From the NCBI GenBank assembly GCA_000091205.1, contig AP006484.2: a DNA stretch of 64,000 nt; one strand, written 5' to 3'. This stretch comes from Cyanidioschyzon merolae. Lineage: Eukaryota. How positions within the stretch are numbered: the first letter of the stretch is position 1; each line of letters begins with the position of its first letter. Made by a program: the position numbers and the translations under genes. A model generated the notes under the pieces. The model saw nothing but the letters and a program-made list of their open reading frames with translations. It was not told the DNA's origin and made no database searches. Positions 32,736-44,561 of this stretch are shown in pieces.

Positions 32736-34561
32736 CACAAGGCAATGACTTCACCTATTGCCACCAGGTTCTGGCGAAAACGGAGCACAAAACAGCCCAG
32801 CTCACGGGAGCTACTAGCGAGCGCAAACGGTTGCAGCGCGATATCTTCCCCGAGCAATGCATCTCGTTCTCCGATCCCTGTACTGCCTTCCATTACACAA
32901 GTTATTTCTGCGATAGAGAAAGCGTTTTCCGGGAGCCGTCGCAGCTTTTTGCGCGAACTTCCAGTATCGTCACTGTGCAATGAACGAATACGAACGATAA
33001 TGCCCCATACGGCTGCCGTAAAAAGTTCCAGTCGCTGACCTGGTAGGACGGGCATCGTTGAGGCGAGTCCAAACAGTCGGGCTCGAATGCGACTCGCGAA
33101 ACGCACACGCTGCTCTTCCGGGGCGGTGATCATGAGCGCCCCGCTGCTGGCAAACTCTCCGGCATCGGACTTGGCTCGCTGCCGCCCTCGAGCGGATAGC
33201 CGCACCGTGCCGAAACAACGACTTGGGAGCGCATCGACGGCAAGGCGTTCCGGTAGTGTCTCGATGCTGTCGAGAACGCAGTCCAGGGTATCGCCGTTTG
33301 TCCGCCAGAGTGTTACCGCTTGGCCGTCATATAGGGTGCCGGTCAGAAGCGTCCCCATGAAGGTCGTGCTGTCCGCAGCGAGCACCGCAAAGATCCCAGG
33401 CTCCCTGAGACGCGTCACGCGTGATGCGGCACTAGAGCGCAAATACCTATCCATGGCTCCCAAAAGTGACAAAGGCTCATACTCAGGTGGTCGATACCAT
33501 TCACGGAGCTGAGCAGGCGCTGTACCGTCCACGGTGTTCTCGCCGTATCGACCGCTGCACGGCACGTAAACGATTTGCTGCCAGCCAAGTTCGCCGCACA
33601 GCATGTGGTCCAGTCTTCTCCGCAGAGCCACAAAGTGTGACTCGTCGTAATGGCAGCTATCCATTTTGTTTATCGCCACCACGAGCTGCTCAACGCCAAC
33701 ATGACGAAGAATCTGGGCATGTCGCCGGGTCTGACCACGCTCATCCTCGATGGCCCAGTCAGACGCACCTGGACGCGCGTCAATAACCAGAACCCCAAGA
33801 TCCGCCAAGAACGCTCCTCGAAGAAATGCAAGCACAAAGTCCTGATGCCCAGGGCAGTCCAGAAAGCTGATCGTGAAGGTTCCATCCGGAGGCGACGCTT
33901 GACGTATAGCCATGTCCACAGTGACCCCGTGCTGCCGCTCGCTCTGCTCGCTGTCCAACATCCAAGCAAGATTAGGAGCTTCTTGGGGCGTCTGGAAAGC
34001 TCTTTGGTCAGCATGGGATAATTCTGTCAAGGTCGCGCCTCCTAGTTGTATGAGCATTTGCGCAATGAGCGTTGACTTGCCAGCGTCTACATGACCAGCG
34101 AATACAACAGTAAGATGACGGCAGCTCTGTTCCTGGAGTGCTTCAGCTAGGCGTCCTCGGCTGGAGGCAGCGTCACGCTTGGGTTTGCTCTCTTGTGGGT
34201 GCGCGGTCGGCGTCATGCGCACCGTCGCAGGTTGAGGCTGCTGTGCTGGGAGCGTCGACGTCTCTACAATCTTCGCAGAGTGCAATACACGCTTCCCCGC
34301 AACAGGATCAGACCTGTTCGACGCCTTCATGGTTGCTTTGCTGTGCACACCGACTTCTGGTGCGGTCCGAGATGCCCTTTTCGTCTTCACTGCAGGGTCC
34401 TCCCGGCTCGTAGTCGACTGGAAACTTCGCGCCGGAGGAACATGGGCACGGAGCGAATCGCCTTCCAATGAAAGAGATTCTTCGTCATCATAGGTGCCGT
34501 CATCAAGCTCGTCACGATAGTCGTCCAAAGCTTCGGCAATCTCTTGCGTCCAGCGGGGCAT
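32732..34561 (-). CDS. EF-1alpha-superfamily translational GTPase, Hbs1-like (Hbs1/eRF3/Ski7 clade)
   Basis: ATG confirmed. G1 'GHVDAGKST', G3 'DCPGHQDFV' and G4 'NKMD' are present. The 'LAWMLDSEQSERQHGVTVD' block is closer to Hbs1 than to eRF3. It has an acidic, variable N-terminal extension of about 170 aa and C-terminal beta-barrel domains. Confidence 0.75.
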   Translation of the reverse strand: MPRWTQEIAEALDDYRDELDDGTYDDEESLSLEGDSLRAHVPPARSFQSTTSREDPAVKTKRASRTAPEVGVHSKATMKASNRSDPVAGKRVLHSAKIVETSTLPAQQPQPATVRMTPTAHPQESKPKRDAASSRGRLAEALQEQSCRHLTVVFAGHVDAGKSTLIAQMLIQLGGATLTELSHADQRAFQTPQEAPNLAWMLDSEQSERQHGVTVDMAIRQASPPDGTFTISFLDCPGHQDFVLAFLRGAFLADLGVLVIDARPGASDWAIEDERGQTRRHAQILRHVGVEQLVVAINKMDSCHYDESHFVALRRRLDHMLCGELGWQQIVYVPCSGRYGENTVDGTAPAQLREWYRPPEYEPLSLLGAMDRYLRSSAASRVTRLREPGIFAVLAADSTTFMGTLLTGTLYDGQAVTLWRTNGDTLDCVLDSIETLPERLAVDALPSRCFGTVRLSARGRQRAKSDAGEFASSGALMITAPEEQRVRFASRIRARLFGLASTMPVLPGQRLELFTAAVWGIIVRIRSLHSDDTGSSRKKLRRLPENAFSIAEITCVMEGSTGIGERDALLGEDIALQPFALASSSRELGCFVLRFRQNLVAIGEVIALC

Positions 34562-37382
34562 ATACCTTTCCTACCCGCACAAGCGCAACGTCGAAAACGG
34601 AATTGTTTTCGCAGTCTACATACGTGGCAGAAGACCATGGAACGCTGAAGTACTCGCTCTGTTCCTGCCTTTCGATATTTTCTTGGAAGTTTTGTATACG
34701 TCTAGCCTTGGCGTTCAGAGTGAAGCAATAAGAGCATATGGATTCGTACGTTGGTTTAGAATTCTGGGTCGTGGATTCGGGTTAGCTCCTTCGACATTTG
34801 CCACTGGAATCCGTTACGAACACGGGTAAAGAGATGATTTACGACATCACCGAATCAGGGGTGATAGCGCAACAGACATCGTTATCCAGTGTATACAGGC
34901 TGGAATCCAATGTCATCTTTTCCTTGCGTTTAACATGATGGGGTCACATATCCGTCAAGTTTTCCAGCTTTCGCTCTCAAGGCAACTCGTGAGCGCAGGT
35001 ATTCGCCGCACTGGTTCGACGAGGAAGAATACTCGACTTTGTCACTCTTTGACTTGTTCAAAAGCTCACGTGACGATACTGCTCTGGAATCGCCCCGTAT
35101 AATACTCGACTCTGTTCAAAACATGAATCATACCGTTTTTGTAGACACCGACGAATTCGTAATCACCAGCACCAGCATGATCCACCTAACAGTATACGCC
35201 CTTAGCGACTCCCGTTTCTTCTATTCTGTTCCATTGGAAATGCAAAAACTGGAATTGGACTTGAATCATCGTAGCGATCGACTCCAGTGGGGCATGCGTT
35301 ACCGCTTTGCACAAACCGAGCGATCGCTGATCAAAATTGCTCTACTTGCACCCCAACATGGATTTCCTTTCCCGTGCTTGGTTCATCGTTGACAACACCA
35401 TGTTCCGGGAAACCGCCATCGAGCATGACAGTGTGCGGTCGCGCATGTATCGGACAGAGTACGAAAAGCGAGAATCGACCAGAAGAAGGTTACGATCGTC
35501 GGGCATGGCTCTGGACGTGGAAACGGAGGGCATCGAGTCGAGCCCTCTGTCCACGTCGAGGTCGTATACCGAGCAATGAAGAAAGCCTTCAAGCTGAGGT
35601 GGCCACCAGGGTAGAGAATATGGGAGACACATGGGGAAATGTTAGCAAAATACAAGTGTCACCGTTGCGAAGGGCGCACCAAGGCTTACGACAAAGAGCG
35701 TAAACATAGCGAGAGAAACCTTCACCGGAATCGTCGTCTGTTCATGAAACGCATAGCCCACAGCCTGAACCAGATAAGTCACGACTCGAACGCTGTCATG
35801 AACATCCCTCCATTGCTGGAAGCGGATCTAGGAGTAAAAGAGTTTCCAACGTATTAGACGCAGTAGATAAGCGCGCGGAAAGGTAGCTGTCGCAGAAGAA
35901 ACCAGGATGGGCTGGTATTGATGACGCGAGGAATACGCCAAAGATTCGTGTGTGTACGCCTCAGTTAGACGACTCGTTCCATTCTACTCTGACGAGGGCG
36001 CAGCGAAACGACGCGAGCTCTCAGCCGCATCGTACAACCCTAGCGGGGTGCGGATGCTCCAGAGAACCCTGTCCACGTACAAGCTTTCCATGATTTTAGA
36101 TACCATTCGCTAGAGGTAAATATGGATTGACTAGGTAGCTCTAATTGCCGAGTTGCAGCTTTCAGAGGCATCTCAGGCGACGCGAGAACTTTTCAGTTGG
36201 ACACAGAACGCGCTGCGTCTTTCGGTTCCGAGTACGTTCAGTTCCAGATCCGAGACTGCGTCCTGCCATGATACTTGTCCCGTGCGCATTTAGGATAAGG
36301 GAGGGCTTTTCTGTGGTTTGTCCCCGTTAAGAAAGGACGTTCGGAAAGGTGGAACCTTCCTATACAACATATGCATATGGGTTAGTGGCGATACGTCGCC
36401 GCTGTGCATTCCGTGGAGGTTCGGTCCCAGTGCCGCCTCCACCGCAGTCGAATGGTGTCCGTGTGAGTCGATGCCTCACGGCCTTGCATTGCACACAAAC
36501 ATGGAACATGGAAACGTGATCTTGTTAGAAAAGCTCCTGGGCAACCAAGCTGAAGCCTTACTCTACTTCAACGACGGTAGGAGTGCACAGTCTCGCTTCA
36601 TATCGCCCGTAAATGTGGATATCATCGAGGACGCACCAATCGCAATGTGAACGGGCTCCAGCCCAGGAAACAATAGACTCGACATGAAAACACGGGAATG
36701 AAACAGCACATTTGATGTTGCCGCCTTCCTAATCCATTCGAAACAGCTCACGTGGCACAATTGCCTTGTTGAGTAGCGTCGCTCATTTTCAGACAGACCT
36801 GAACGGGTGTACAAATTTAGGGGTCAAGAGCAAGGTTCGCTCTGGAATGCGCGCCCGGAGGCTTGCTTTGGAAACAAACTTAAACAAGAAGCTCCTCTAT
36901 ACCGTCCAACTATGTGTCATGATGCGTTTTTTCATCATCAGAGCAAGATATGCTGGACAGAGCACCTTGTCCGGCGCATGAGCGGTACGCCCACCGAGTC
37001 CTCCGGAATACACGGGGGATACCTGCAGCGCTCGCTGCCATACTCCCGTGTTTGCAGGACATCGGAGTTCAGCTTCGCTGCAACAAGCACAAAACGCCTT
37101 GATTGTTTGTCTGTCCTGAACTTTTTATAGTGTCTTCGGAACGGTAGCAGAGGCATATTTAACTTACGGAGACTTTTCGGGAACGAGGACCCACAGACGC
37201 TTTTCTCGAGCGGAAACCCGGTGCAGACACCGTCTCTGGTATCCCTGAGTTGGGGTTCACGCGAATCGGCAACCAGTGTCTGGTGTCGCTTTGGAGGGCC
37301 CATTCAAGCGCCTTGCTCGGTACGCTTCACGTGAGCGCTGCTCGAAGAGCCGAGTTTGCCGGCGAATCCCCGAGGAAAGCGA

Positions 37383-39554
37383 ATGCAGCAGGTGATACCC
37401 GGAGCGGTTCCCGGGCGTCAGTGGTTGCTTGCGCTCCGCCGGCACTCGAGAGCGCTCTTCCGGTGTTGGAGCAGCCGTTGTGGTAGGGTGTACGATGTCA
37501 TCGTTATTGGTGGAGGCCATGCGGGCACTGAGGCAGCCGCCGCAGCCGCACGAAAGGGTGCAAGAACAGCGCTCTTGAGCCCGAGGCTGGACAGAATCGG
37601 GGTCATGTCGTGTAATCCTTCCATCGGAGGAGTCGGCAAAGGCCATATGGTGCGAGAAATGGATGCGCTTGGCGGCCTCATGGGCAGAGCTTCCGACGAA
37701 TCATGTATGCAAACTCGTGTACTTAACCAGAGCCGAGGTCCAGCGACCCGCGCCCCGAGACACCAATGTGATCGTCGACTCTACCGCTTGGCGATCCAGA
37801 GGGCGTTACAACAATTGACCGAAACGAATCTCACACTCATCGAGACAGCCGTACAGGACCTTGATATTGAGAGGCTGCAGCCGTCGTCCGCGCACGCTAC
37901 AGAACCCGCCTGGCGTTGTCGTGGAGTCATCTGCGCTGACGGCAGTATGATACGAGCTACGGCCGTTGTACTCACGACGGGCACATTCCTCAACGGTCTC
38001 ATGTATTTAGGTGCCGATAAGACAGTAGCGGGAGGTCGACTTGGCGAGGACTCGCGGAGCGATCAAATGTTCATGGGCTCTGGCGAGTTACACCAATCAA
38101 CGGGAGCGTCCACCTCTGAGGCAAGCCGTCGAGTGTCGGTGAATGATGCACGCGGGAGTCTTTCGCAGCTGGGCCATACGTTGGCGAATGTGCTCCAGTT
38201 GCGAATGGGACGCCTCAAAACCGGCACACCGCCGCGACTTGACGCCTCAACGGTGCGACTCGACGGACTCGAGCGGCAGGACAGCGATCCCGCCTTGCCG
38301 AGGTTCCAGTTTATGCCGCCGGAGCCCTGCCACTTGGAAGCACTCGTGGCTCGTCTGCAGCCGTGTTATCGAACCGCTACCCGACCAGAAACGCACGAGC
38401 TCGTTCGAGAAGCCACAGAGGCAGGGCTCTCACCGCAGTACCGAGGCGGAGGCCGTGGACCTCGCTACTGTCCATCGTTGGAGGCCAAGGTGCAGCGCTT
38501 CGCCCAGCGGGATGCGCATCCTGTTTGGCTAGAGCCAGAGTATACGCCCCAGAGTGCTGCACTGGAAAACTTGCCGCAAAATATAATCTATCCAAACGGT
38601 ATTTCGATGGCATTGCCTCCGGACGTCCAGCAGCGCATCCTTCGAACTATTCCGGGCCTGGAGCAGGCTCGCATCCTCCGTTATGGGTACGCTGTAGAGT
38701 ACGACTACGTGGATCCCCGTCAGTTGCGCGGACCCACTCTGGAACTGCGCTGCTGTGAGGGTCTCTATCTGGCGGGCCAGATTAACGGCACAACGGGGTA
38801 TGAAGAGGCTGCTGCTCAGGGTTTGGTTGCTGGTGCAAATGCCGCCGCCAAGGCAGGCTTCGGGAACGCTCTCCTCTTAAGCCGCGGTGATGCGTATATT
38901 GGGGTGCTCATCGATGATCTGCTGCGCACTGGAGTGACCGAGCCGTACCGCATGCTCACTGTTCGCTCTGAGTATCGCCTGCACTTGCGAGCGGATAACG
39001 CAGACCTCCGTCTGACCCCGATTGGCATCGAGTGCGGGCTTGTTGGACCTGCACAGACAAAATATTTTGAAAAAAAGCGTGAGCGACTCGAGGATGCGTT
39101 GCAGCAACTGAGTCGCATTCGCTATTCAGCGGCAGATTGGAAGAAACGCGTACCTGAAAGCCTTGCAGCAGTGCTGGGTGCTGACGGACGAGTATACTCC
39201 GCACTGGAGATGCTTGCGCACCCGGGGATCCAACTGGTGAACTTACGCCTGCCAGTAATGATTGATTCTGATCTGCACGACGTGATTGAGGCACAGTGCT
39301 TGTATCGACAGTATCTTGCTCGCCAGGAGTCACAGGCGATGCGGCTCAGACGCGACGAGGCATTATCATTGCGAGGTGTGGTGTTCGCGGATATGCCGAG
39401 CCTCTCCGCAGAGGCCAAAGAGAAACTACAGCAACGACAGCCGGCAACACTGGGTGAGGCTGCTCGAATCGAGGGTATCACACCGACTGCATTGCTTTTA
39501 TTGCAGGCACAGGCTTTACGAAATGCACGGGAGTCGTCGAGCACCAGTCCCTGA
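37383..39554 (+). CDS. MTO1: tRNA uridine-5-carboxymethylaminomethyl modification enzyme MnmG/GidA (MTO1 homologue), probably organelle-targeted
   Basis: FAD-binding N-terminus '[30 protein letters not shown]...[24 protein letters not shown]'. Length and overall layout match MnmG, including the C-terminal helical domain '[12 protein letters not shown]'. The track start at 37356 is TTG and the first ATG is at 37383. A presequence of about 35 aa is Arg-rich ('[29 protein letters not shown]'). Confidence 0.9.
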   Translation: MQQVIPGAVPGRQWLLALRRHSRALFRCWSSRCGRVYDVIVIGGGHAGTEAAAAAARKGARTALLSPRLDRIGVMSCNPSIGGVGKGHMVREMDALGGLMGRASDESCMQTRVLNQSRGPATRAPRHQCDRRLYRLAIQRALQQLTETNLTLIETAVQDLDIERLQPSSAHATEPAWRCRGVICADGSMIRATAVVLTTGTFLNGLMYLGADKTVAGGRLGEDSRSDQMFMGSGELHQSTGASTSEASRRVSVNDARGSLSQLGHTLANVLQLRMGRLKTGTPPRLDASTVRLDGLERQDSDPALPRFQFMPPEPCHLEALVARLQPCYRTATRPETHELVREATEAGLSPQYRGGGRGPRYCPSLEAKVQRFAQRDAHPVWLEPEYTPQSAALENLPQNIIYPNGISMALPPDVQQRILRTIPGLEQARILRYGYAVEYDYVDPRQLRGPTLELRCCEGLYLAGQINGTTGYEEAAAQGLVAGANAAAKAGFGNALLLSRGDAYIGVLIDDLLRTGVTEPYRMLTVRSEYRLHLRADNADLRLTPIGIECGLVGPAQTKYFEKKRERLEDALQQLSRIRYSAADWKKRVPESLAAVLGADGRVYSALEMLAHPGIQLVNLRLPVMIDSDLHDVIEAQCLYRQYLARQESQAMRLRRDEALSLRGVVFADMPSLSAEAKEKLQQRQPATLGEAARIEGITPTALLLLQAQALRNARESSSTSP

Positions 39555-40337
39555 TGGACCGATGTGCCGAGACGCTGCGGCTGGTACGGTCTCGGAGTGA
39601 ATTGTGGCTGCGTTAACTGCACGTCATGCACGATTCCAGGCGTTGCTCGTTTTTAGAGACTTGTTTGCTAAGATCATGTTTTTGTAGTACCGCGTGGGCT
39701 ATGGCAGACACTGGGAATTTTAGTGGATAGGAAGCTGCCCAGAAGAACCACTTTCGGTTGCGCATGGACGGTAACAGAGTTTTGCGGTGTCATTGAACAA
39801 ATGGTGCACGCTCTGGGGATGTACAAGTGCACGCGTTGCCGAAGACGCTGCGTCAATGCCTCTCTGTGTACGCAGCGTGCATCGACCTTGCAAGCGGGGC
39901 CAGCTGCGGTGACGCAGTGCCCGCCCGAGCACGACACTGTAAATGTATAGCTACGCTGATGACCGGCGATTTTCGGGTGCATGTGCTGGTACCACAGTTC
40001 TCTGGTGCCGGCCAGTCTCGGGAAGAGACTAGCTGATCGCATGGCGTCCAAGAACACCCGACGCATGCCTCGTGCTCGTTGTCACCGCTTTGAGAGAACA
40101 TTGATCGCCACGAACTCGGGCGGTAGAGATGAGTATCTGGAACCTCTCGCGCTGCAGCTTTCGTGCATGGACCAACACGCTTTAGTCATTTTTCAGCGAG
40201 CGATCACGCCACTGCTGCTCCCGTCACACAACATCGTTCACCCCGAACTGTTGCGTGCCATGAACGCTTCGCAATGCACGTGACCGACTACTAGGCGAAC
40301 CCCTTTCTTCCCCAGAGTGCCTCGAAAACAATCCCAT

Positions 40338-43300
40338 TTACAAGACACCTTCCAACTGAGCATCAATGTCCTCGTAAAGTGCCCGAAGTTTGGCGAGTCG
40401 TTCCTCATCCGGATGTCGCCAGATGCCGCGCCCGGCTGCCTCCAGCAAACGGCCGACGATGTTGCGAAATGCCTCTGGGTTACTCTGACGTAGCCGCTGA
40501 GCTATCTCCTCATTCAGGGCATACTGATCGGCGGCTTGTTCGTAAACAAAGTCGTCGCCAAAGTCGGCGACACCACCCCAGCCCAACAGCGCCGTCATTC
40601 GTTGTGAAACCTCGTAGGCACCGCCACTGCCCTGCGTAACCATTTTCTCTGCCCAACGCGGATTCAGCAGCTTCGACCGGTACTCTAAGCGCAACAGCTC
40701 TTCCAGATCTCGAGGTCGGCGAGTCGACGCATTTCCAAACGACTCCACGAACGACGCTGTGACTTTTGCGTTGGCATCGCCGGAAACTCTCCGCTTTCGC
40801 ATTTGGGCTGCTCGCGCTAGCGCACCGGTGTTTGCATAGTACTCCTGGATATCGGTCAGGCCGTACTCCACGGAGTCTATCTGTTGGACCACGCGATCCA
40901 CGGTGCCCAGCAGACGCTCGAAGAGCTCTGGTCGCTGTTTCCCCCGCTCACCGCGACCGTAACTGAATGCGTTCCGGGAGACGAAGGTATCGGCGAGCTC
41001 ATCGCCCGACTGCCATGTAGAGGTCTCGACGCGGTCTGCAACCAAAGAACCAAACTCTGACGGAGGATTCGACCAGAGACGTCGTGGGCGTCCGGCTTCG
41101 CGCTCATTATCGTAGTGCTTTTTGATGTAGTTCTGTTCTGGGGTCTCATCGGGCACCGTGGCCGCCCGTGCGAAAAGATCATCCAGCAGACAGACGACGT
41201 GCTCGAAAGCATCGCGGAAGATACCACTCAGGCTACAGAGCACGTCAATGCGCGGGTGCGAGAGCATCGACAGCGGCACCAGTTCGAAGCGCACGATGCG
41301 GCCGGTAGCTTCACGAACAGGCTCTGCCCCGACCAATTCCAGGACTGTACCGATGGACTCACCGCGCGTCTTGATGGAGTCGAGTCCCCAGAGCATTACC
41401 GCCACCGTCTCTGGGAAAGTTCCCGGATGTTTCTCTTGGTGCTGGGCGATGATGGCGCGGGCAATCTCTGCTCCCCGCTGAAAGGCAATCCACGTCGGTA
41501 CTCGATACGGATCCAGCGCGTGAATATTGCGTCCAGTGGGCAAGACGGCGGGTCCATCACGAATCAGGTCACCTCCGGGAGCCGGTGGAATATACTGACC
41601 CTGCAGCGCTCTGATAATGTTCTGGATTTCATCCGTCCGCTGCTGGAGCAGACGCTGCAGCTCCTGCGGCTGCCACGAACGCTGTTCCGCCGGCTGCTGC
41701 TCCGCTAGCGCCGCGACATACTTCTCCATATCTGCAGCACTGGGCGGCATGCCGAGGATATGCAATCCTTCTGCAAAGAGACGGTTCTCCAGTTCAGCAA
41801 GATAGGTTTTCAACTTGGCTGCGTCGGCCGCCAGTTGGTCGAGATCGTTTGCCTCAAGTCCCTGGAGCGGGAGATCGCAGTCGAGACCCGCCTGCTCGAT
41901 GGATGCTCGCAGGCTCTCAACAACGAGGGCGTCCAATGCCTGCTTCCCGGACGCGGAAGCCGCCTGGAGTTCCTCTTCGAGCTCCCGTAGCTGATCACGC
42001 ACGTTCAGAAGTTGACCGTAGAGGCCAGCACGCCCATACGGAGGCACACCGTGCGAGATGAGCGTCGCGTAGGCCCTGCGCTTCGCCAGTGTACTTTCAC
42101 TCGGATTATTCTGGGCGTAGACGTAGATGTGGGGCAAGTCTCGAAACAGCAAATCGGGAAACGACGTATCATCATTGCCGAGGGGTAAGCCAGGTAGCCA
42201 CTCTGCGGTGCCGTGCATGCCCAGATGGATCACTGCATCAAAGTTGCGACGAATCCACAGATAAAACGCTAGATACTGGGGATGTGGTGTGGCGTCGCGT
42301 TCAAACAGCAGTCGCATTGGATCGCCTTGGATGCCCACTGGAGGCTGAACTCCCAGCCAGATATTTCCGAGCGAGACACCTCCGAGGCAAAGGTACGCAC
42401 CTAGACGTTTGATATCGGAACGCGTCAGGGACCCGCCCCAGTTCTTGGCTACCCGCGTGGCAATCTCCCTGGGCAGCCAGGACTGTAGCTCATCGGCGTG
42501 CACGGTGGTGATCTTGTCCACCGGCACGCCGCTACCCTCCACGACTTGGTCTGCAGCGCGAATGGCCTCAAGAAGCCGCTCACCGGACTCGTCTTCCAAG
42601 AAAGATTGGTATACTTCGGGGGCTCCCAAGTTGAATCCGGCCTCGTGAAGCGCACGCAGCAGACGAACCAGCGAGCGTGGTACATTCAGCAATGCCGCCG
42701 TGCCCGTTGCACCGGCGCCCGGTGGAAAGCCGTACACTACAACAGCGATGCGTTTCTCCTGGTTCGGTTTGCATGCCAGACTCGTCCAACGACGAATACG
42801 CTCCGCTAGGACGCGCACACGATCCGGGAGAAGCACGATTCGATCACCAACGAGTCCACCGAGCACAATCGTATCGATCGCTCCATCCAGTTCAGGCAGG
42901 GCATACAGCACAATCGACTGGAGTCCAACGACTCCGTTCTGTTGCCATGACTCGAGGTCCTGAATGAGCAGCGGCGCCGCCACCATATACGGTACACCCT
43001 TGGCGCTGAGGAGGCGTCGAGCTACTTCTGTCTGTCGACCTGCTTCCATGGTGCCTGCTGGTCCGCCAACGAGCGGAAACCCGATCGTACTGACAATAAC
43101 ATCAACGCGTGCTGCATCGGGTTCACGGAGGGAGGTCTCACGAATGCCACGACGTCGTTGCGCTAGTTCATAACTGGTCGTGAAGAGATCGCGCACAACC
43201 ATATGTGCCTCTACGCCATTGATGAACACAGGCACAGGGAGGATACCTGCCTCCTCGAGAGCCAAGATAAGTTCCCGAATATACGACTGTTCAGAGATGA

Positions 43301-44561
43301 CATGCTTGCGATAGAGCAACAGGCCGGCTCGCGGATACGCTGCTCGCTCAGGCCAAGTGCGCAGATACCACTCCAGATACGCTGCCGGTGTCCGAAAGTA
43401 CGGTGTCGATGATGGGGCCCGTGGATGGGTCACCCCAATGGCTGGAACTTCGACGACTTCGGGCACTGGGGTCACCAGGGGGATCTCCAGGACCTCTCGT
43501 GCGATGTAGAGTATCATCGAGACAATATTGGCGCGGCCTCCGGCGTTCCAGCGGGCGTAGACCTCGAGCCAACGTCGCAGGTCCTGTGCCTTCCCCAAGG
43601 GAATGTATTTGAGCAGCTTCGGTCCAGTCTTCAGGAACGAGAGGTACCCCGCCATTTTGTCTTCCTCACGACCAGCGAGGCCGAGTTTGCGGAGGACCAT
43701 GCGCAGCGCCGCAGGCAGCGAACTCGACTTGGCGTCACCGCGTTTCGCATCGCCCATGGTAAAAGCGCCCACCTGCGTACAGGACATCAATTCAAGCGAG
43801 CATTCGTAGACAAAGCGAAGCGGAATCGATCGGATGTGGTCACGGAGCCACTCGACGGCATCGTAGTCAAATAGGAGCGAACAAAGCACCGCGTCGGTCT
43901 CTCGTAAGACCTGGGCAAGATATTGCCGCCCGGTTTCATCCTGCAGGTCACGGTCTGTGAATACCAGTACCTCCAGCGTTGGAACCTGCCGATGTGCCTC
44001 CTCCGCTGCCGCCTTATAGAGCGCAATGTTGAACTTCTCGAAACCGGTAATCAACACCAAACGACGCAGCGTTTGTACGACAGGGCTCGGGGTGGTCGTA
44101 GCTCCGACCAGCTCCCGTTCTGAGGCCACTTTCGCGAGATTGGCGCTCTGTTGTTGGCTTGCATCCGTCTGCTGCACCGCCACGAGTAGACGGCGCTGCC
44201 GGCTGCGGCTGCGCGGTTGCACCCAGAAGCTGGCACGCGACCGTCGCTGTGCTCGCCACTGATAGCGGTAAGCGTGAACCGAAGCGTGCACTCGCCTGGG
44301 AGCACCCCACTGGAACAGCAAGCGAGCGTGTCGGCACGTGCACGCTGACGTCAGCGGCTGCTCGGTAACAGCGGACACGCGCTGCCCGGCGCAGTGCTCG
44401 ACATAAGAACAAGAAACGAGAAGTTTTTGACGACTGATGTGCCCTGCAGGCCAGGGGTTTGCTCCGAAAACGCTTTGCGCAGTGTTCTTTTCCAAGTTTG
44501 TACGGAAGCAGAGATCAATGTCTTTTGTTGCAGCTGCTCCAAGCGACTGCCCGCCCTTCAT
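40338..44561 (-). CDS. CHLH: Magnesium-protoporphyrin IX chelatase large subunit H (ChlH, CobN/ChlH family)
   Basis: Blocks match ChlH along the whole length: 'LKTGPKLLKYIPLGKAQDLRRWLEVYARWNAGG' (compare cyanobacterial '[32 protein letters not shown]'), 'GVQPPVGIQGDPMRLLFERDATPHPQYLAFYLWIRRNFDAVIHLGMHGTAEWLPG', 'VLPTGRNIHALDP', and a C-terminus 'RLAKLRALYEDIDAQLEGVL' of ChlH type rather than CobN type. The track start at 44570 is GTG and the first ATG is at 44559-44561. An N-terminal extension of about 160 aa is Arg/Ser-rich. Confidence 0.85.
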   Translation of the reverse strand: MKGGQSLGAAATKDIDLCFRTNLEKNTAQSVFGANPWPAGHISRQKLLVSCSYVEHCAGQRVSAVTEQPLTSACTCRHARLLFQWGAPRRVHASVHAYRYQWRAQRRSRASFWVQPRSRSRQRRLLVAVQQTDASQQQSANLAKVASERELVGATTTPSPVVQTLRRLVLITGFEKFNIALYKAAAEEAHRQVPTLEVLVFTDRDLQDETGRQYLAQVLRETDAVLCSLLFDYDAVEWLRDHIRSIPLRFVYECSLELMSCTQVGAFTMGDAKRGDAKSSSLPAALRMVLRKLGLAGREEDKMAGYLSFLKTGPKLLKYIPLGKAQDLRRWLEVYARWNAGGRANIVSMILYIAREVLEIPLVTPVPEVVEVPAIGVTHPRAPSSTPYFRTPAAYLEWYLRTWPERAAYPRAGLLLYRKHVISEQSYIRELILALEEAGILPVPVFINGVEAHMVVRDLFTTSYELAQRRRGIRETSLREPDAARVDVIVSTIGFPLVGGPAGTMEAGRQTEVARRLLSAKGVPYMVAAPLLIQDLESWQQNGVVGLQSIVLYALPELDGAIDTIVLGGLVGDRIVLLPDRVRVLAERIRRWTSLACKPNQEKRIAVVVYGFPPGAGATGTAALLNVPRSLVRLLRALHEAGFNLGAPEVYQSFLEDESGERLLEAIRAADQVVEGSGVPVDKITTVHADELQSWLPREIATRVAKNWGGSLTRSDIKRLGAYLCLGGVSLGNIWLGVQPPVGIQGDPMRLLFERDATPHPQYLAFYLWIRRNFDAVIHLGMHGTAEWLPGLPLGNDDTSFPDLLFRDLPHIYVYAQNNPSESTLAKRRAYATLISHGVPPYGRAGLYGQLLNVRDQLRELEEELQAASASGKQALDALVVESLRASIEQAGLDCDLPLQGLEANDLDQLAADAAKLKTYLAELENRLFAEGLHILGMPPSAADMEKYVAALAEQQPAEQRSWQPQELQRLLQQRTDEIQNIIRALQGQYIPPAPGGDLIRDGPAVLPTGRNIHALDPYRVPTWIAFQRGAEIARAIIAQHQEKHPGTFPETVAVMLWGLDSIKTRGESIGTVLELVGAEPVREATGRIVRFELVPLSMLSHPRIDVLCSLSGIFRDAFEHVVCLLDDLFARAATVPDETPEQNYIKKHYDNEREAGRPRRLWSNPPSEFGSLVADRVETSTWQSGDELADTFVSRNAFSYGRGERGKQRPELFERLLGTVDRVVQQIDSVEYGLTDIQEYYANTGALARAAQMRKRRVSGDANAKVTASFVESFGNASTRRPRDLEELLRLEYRSKLLNPRWAEKMVTQGSGGAYEVSQRMTALLGWGGVADFGDDFVYEQAADQYALNEEIAQRLRQSNPEAFRNIVGRLLEAAGRGIWRHPDEERLAKLRALYEDIDAQLEGVL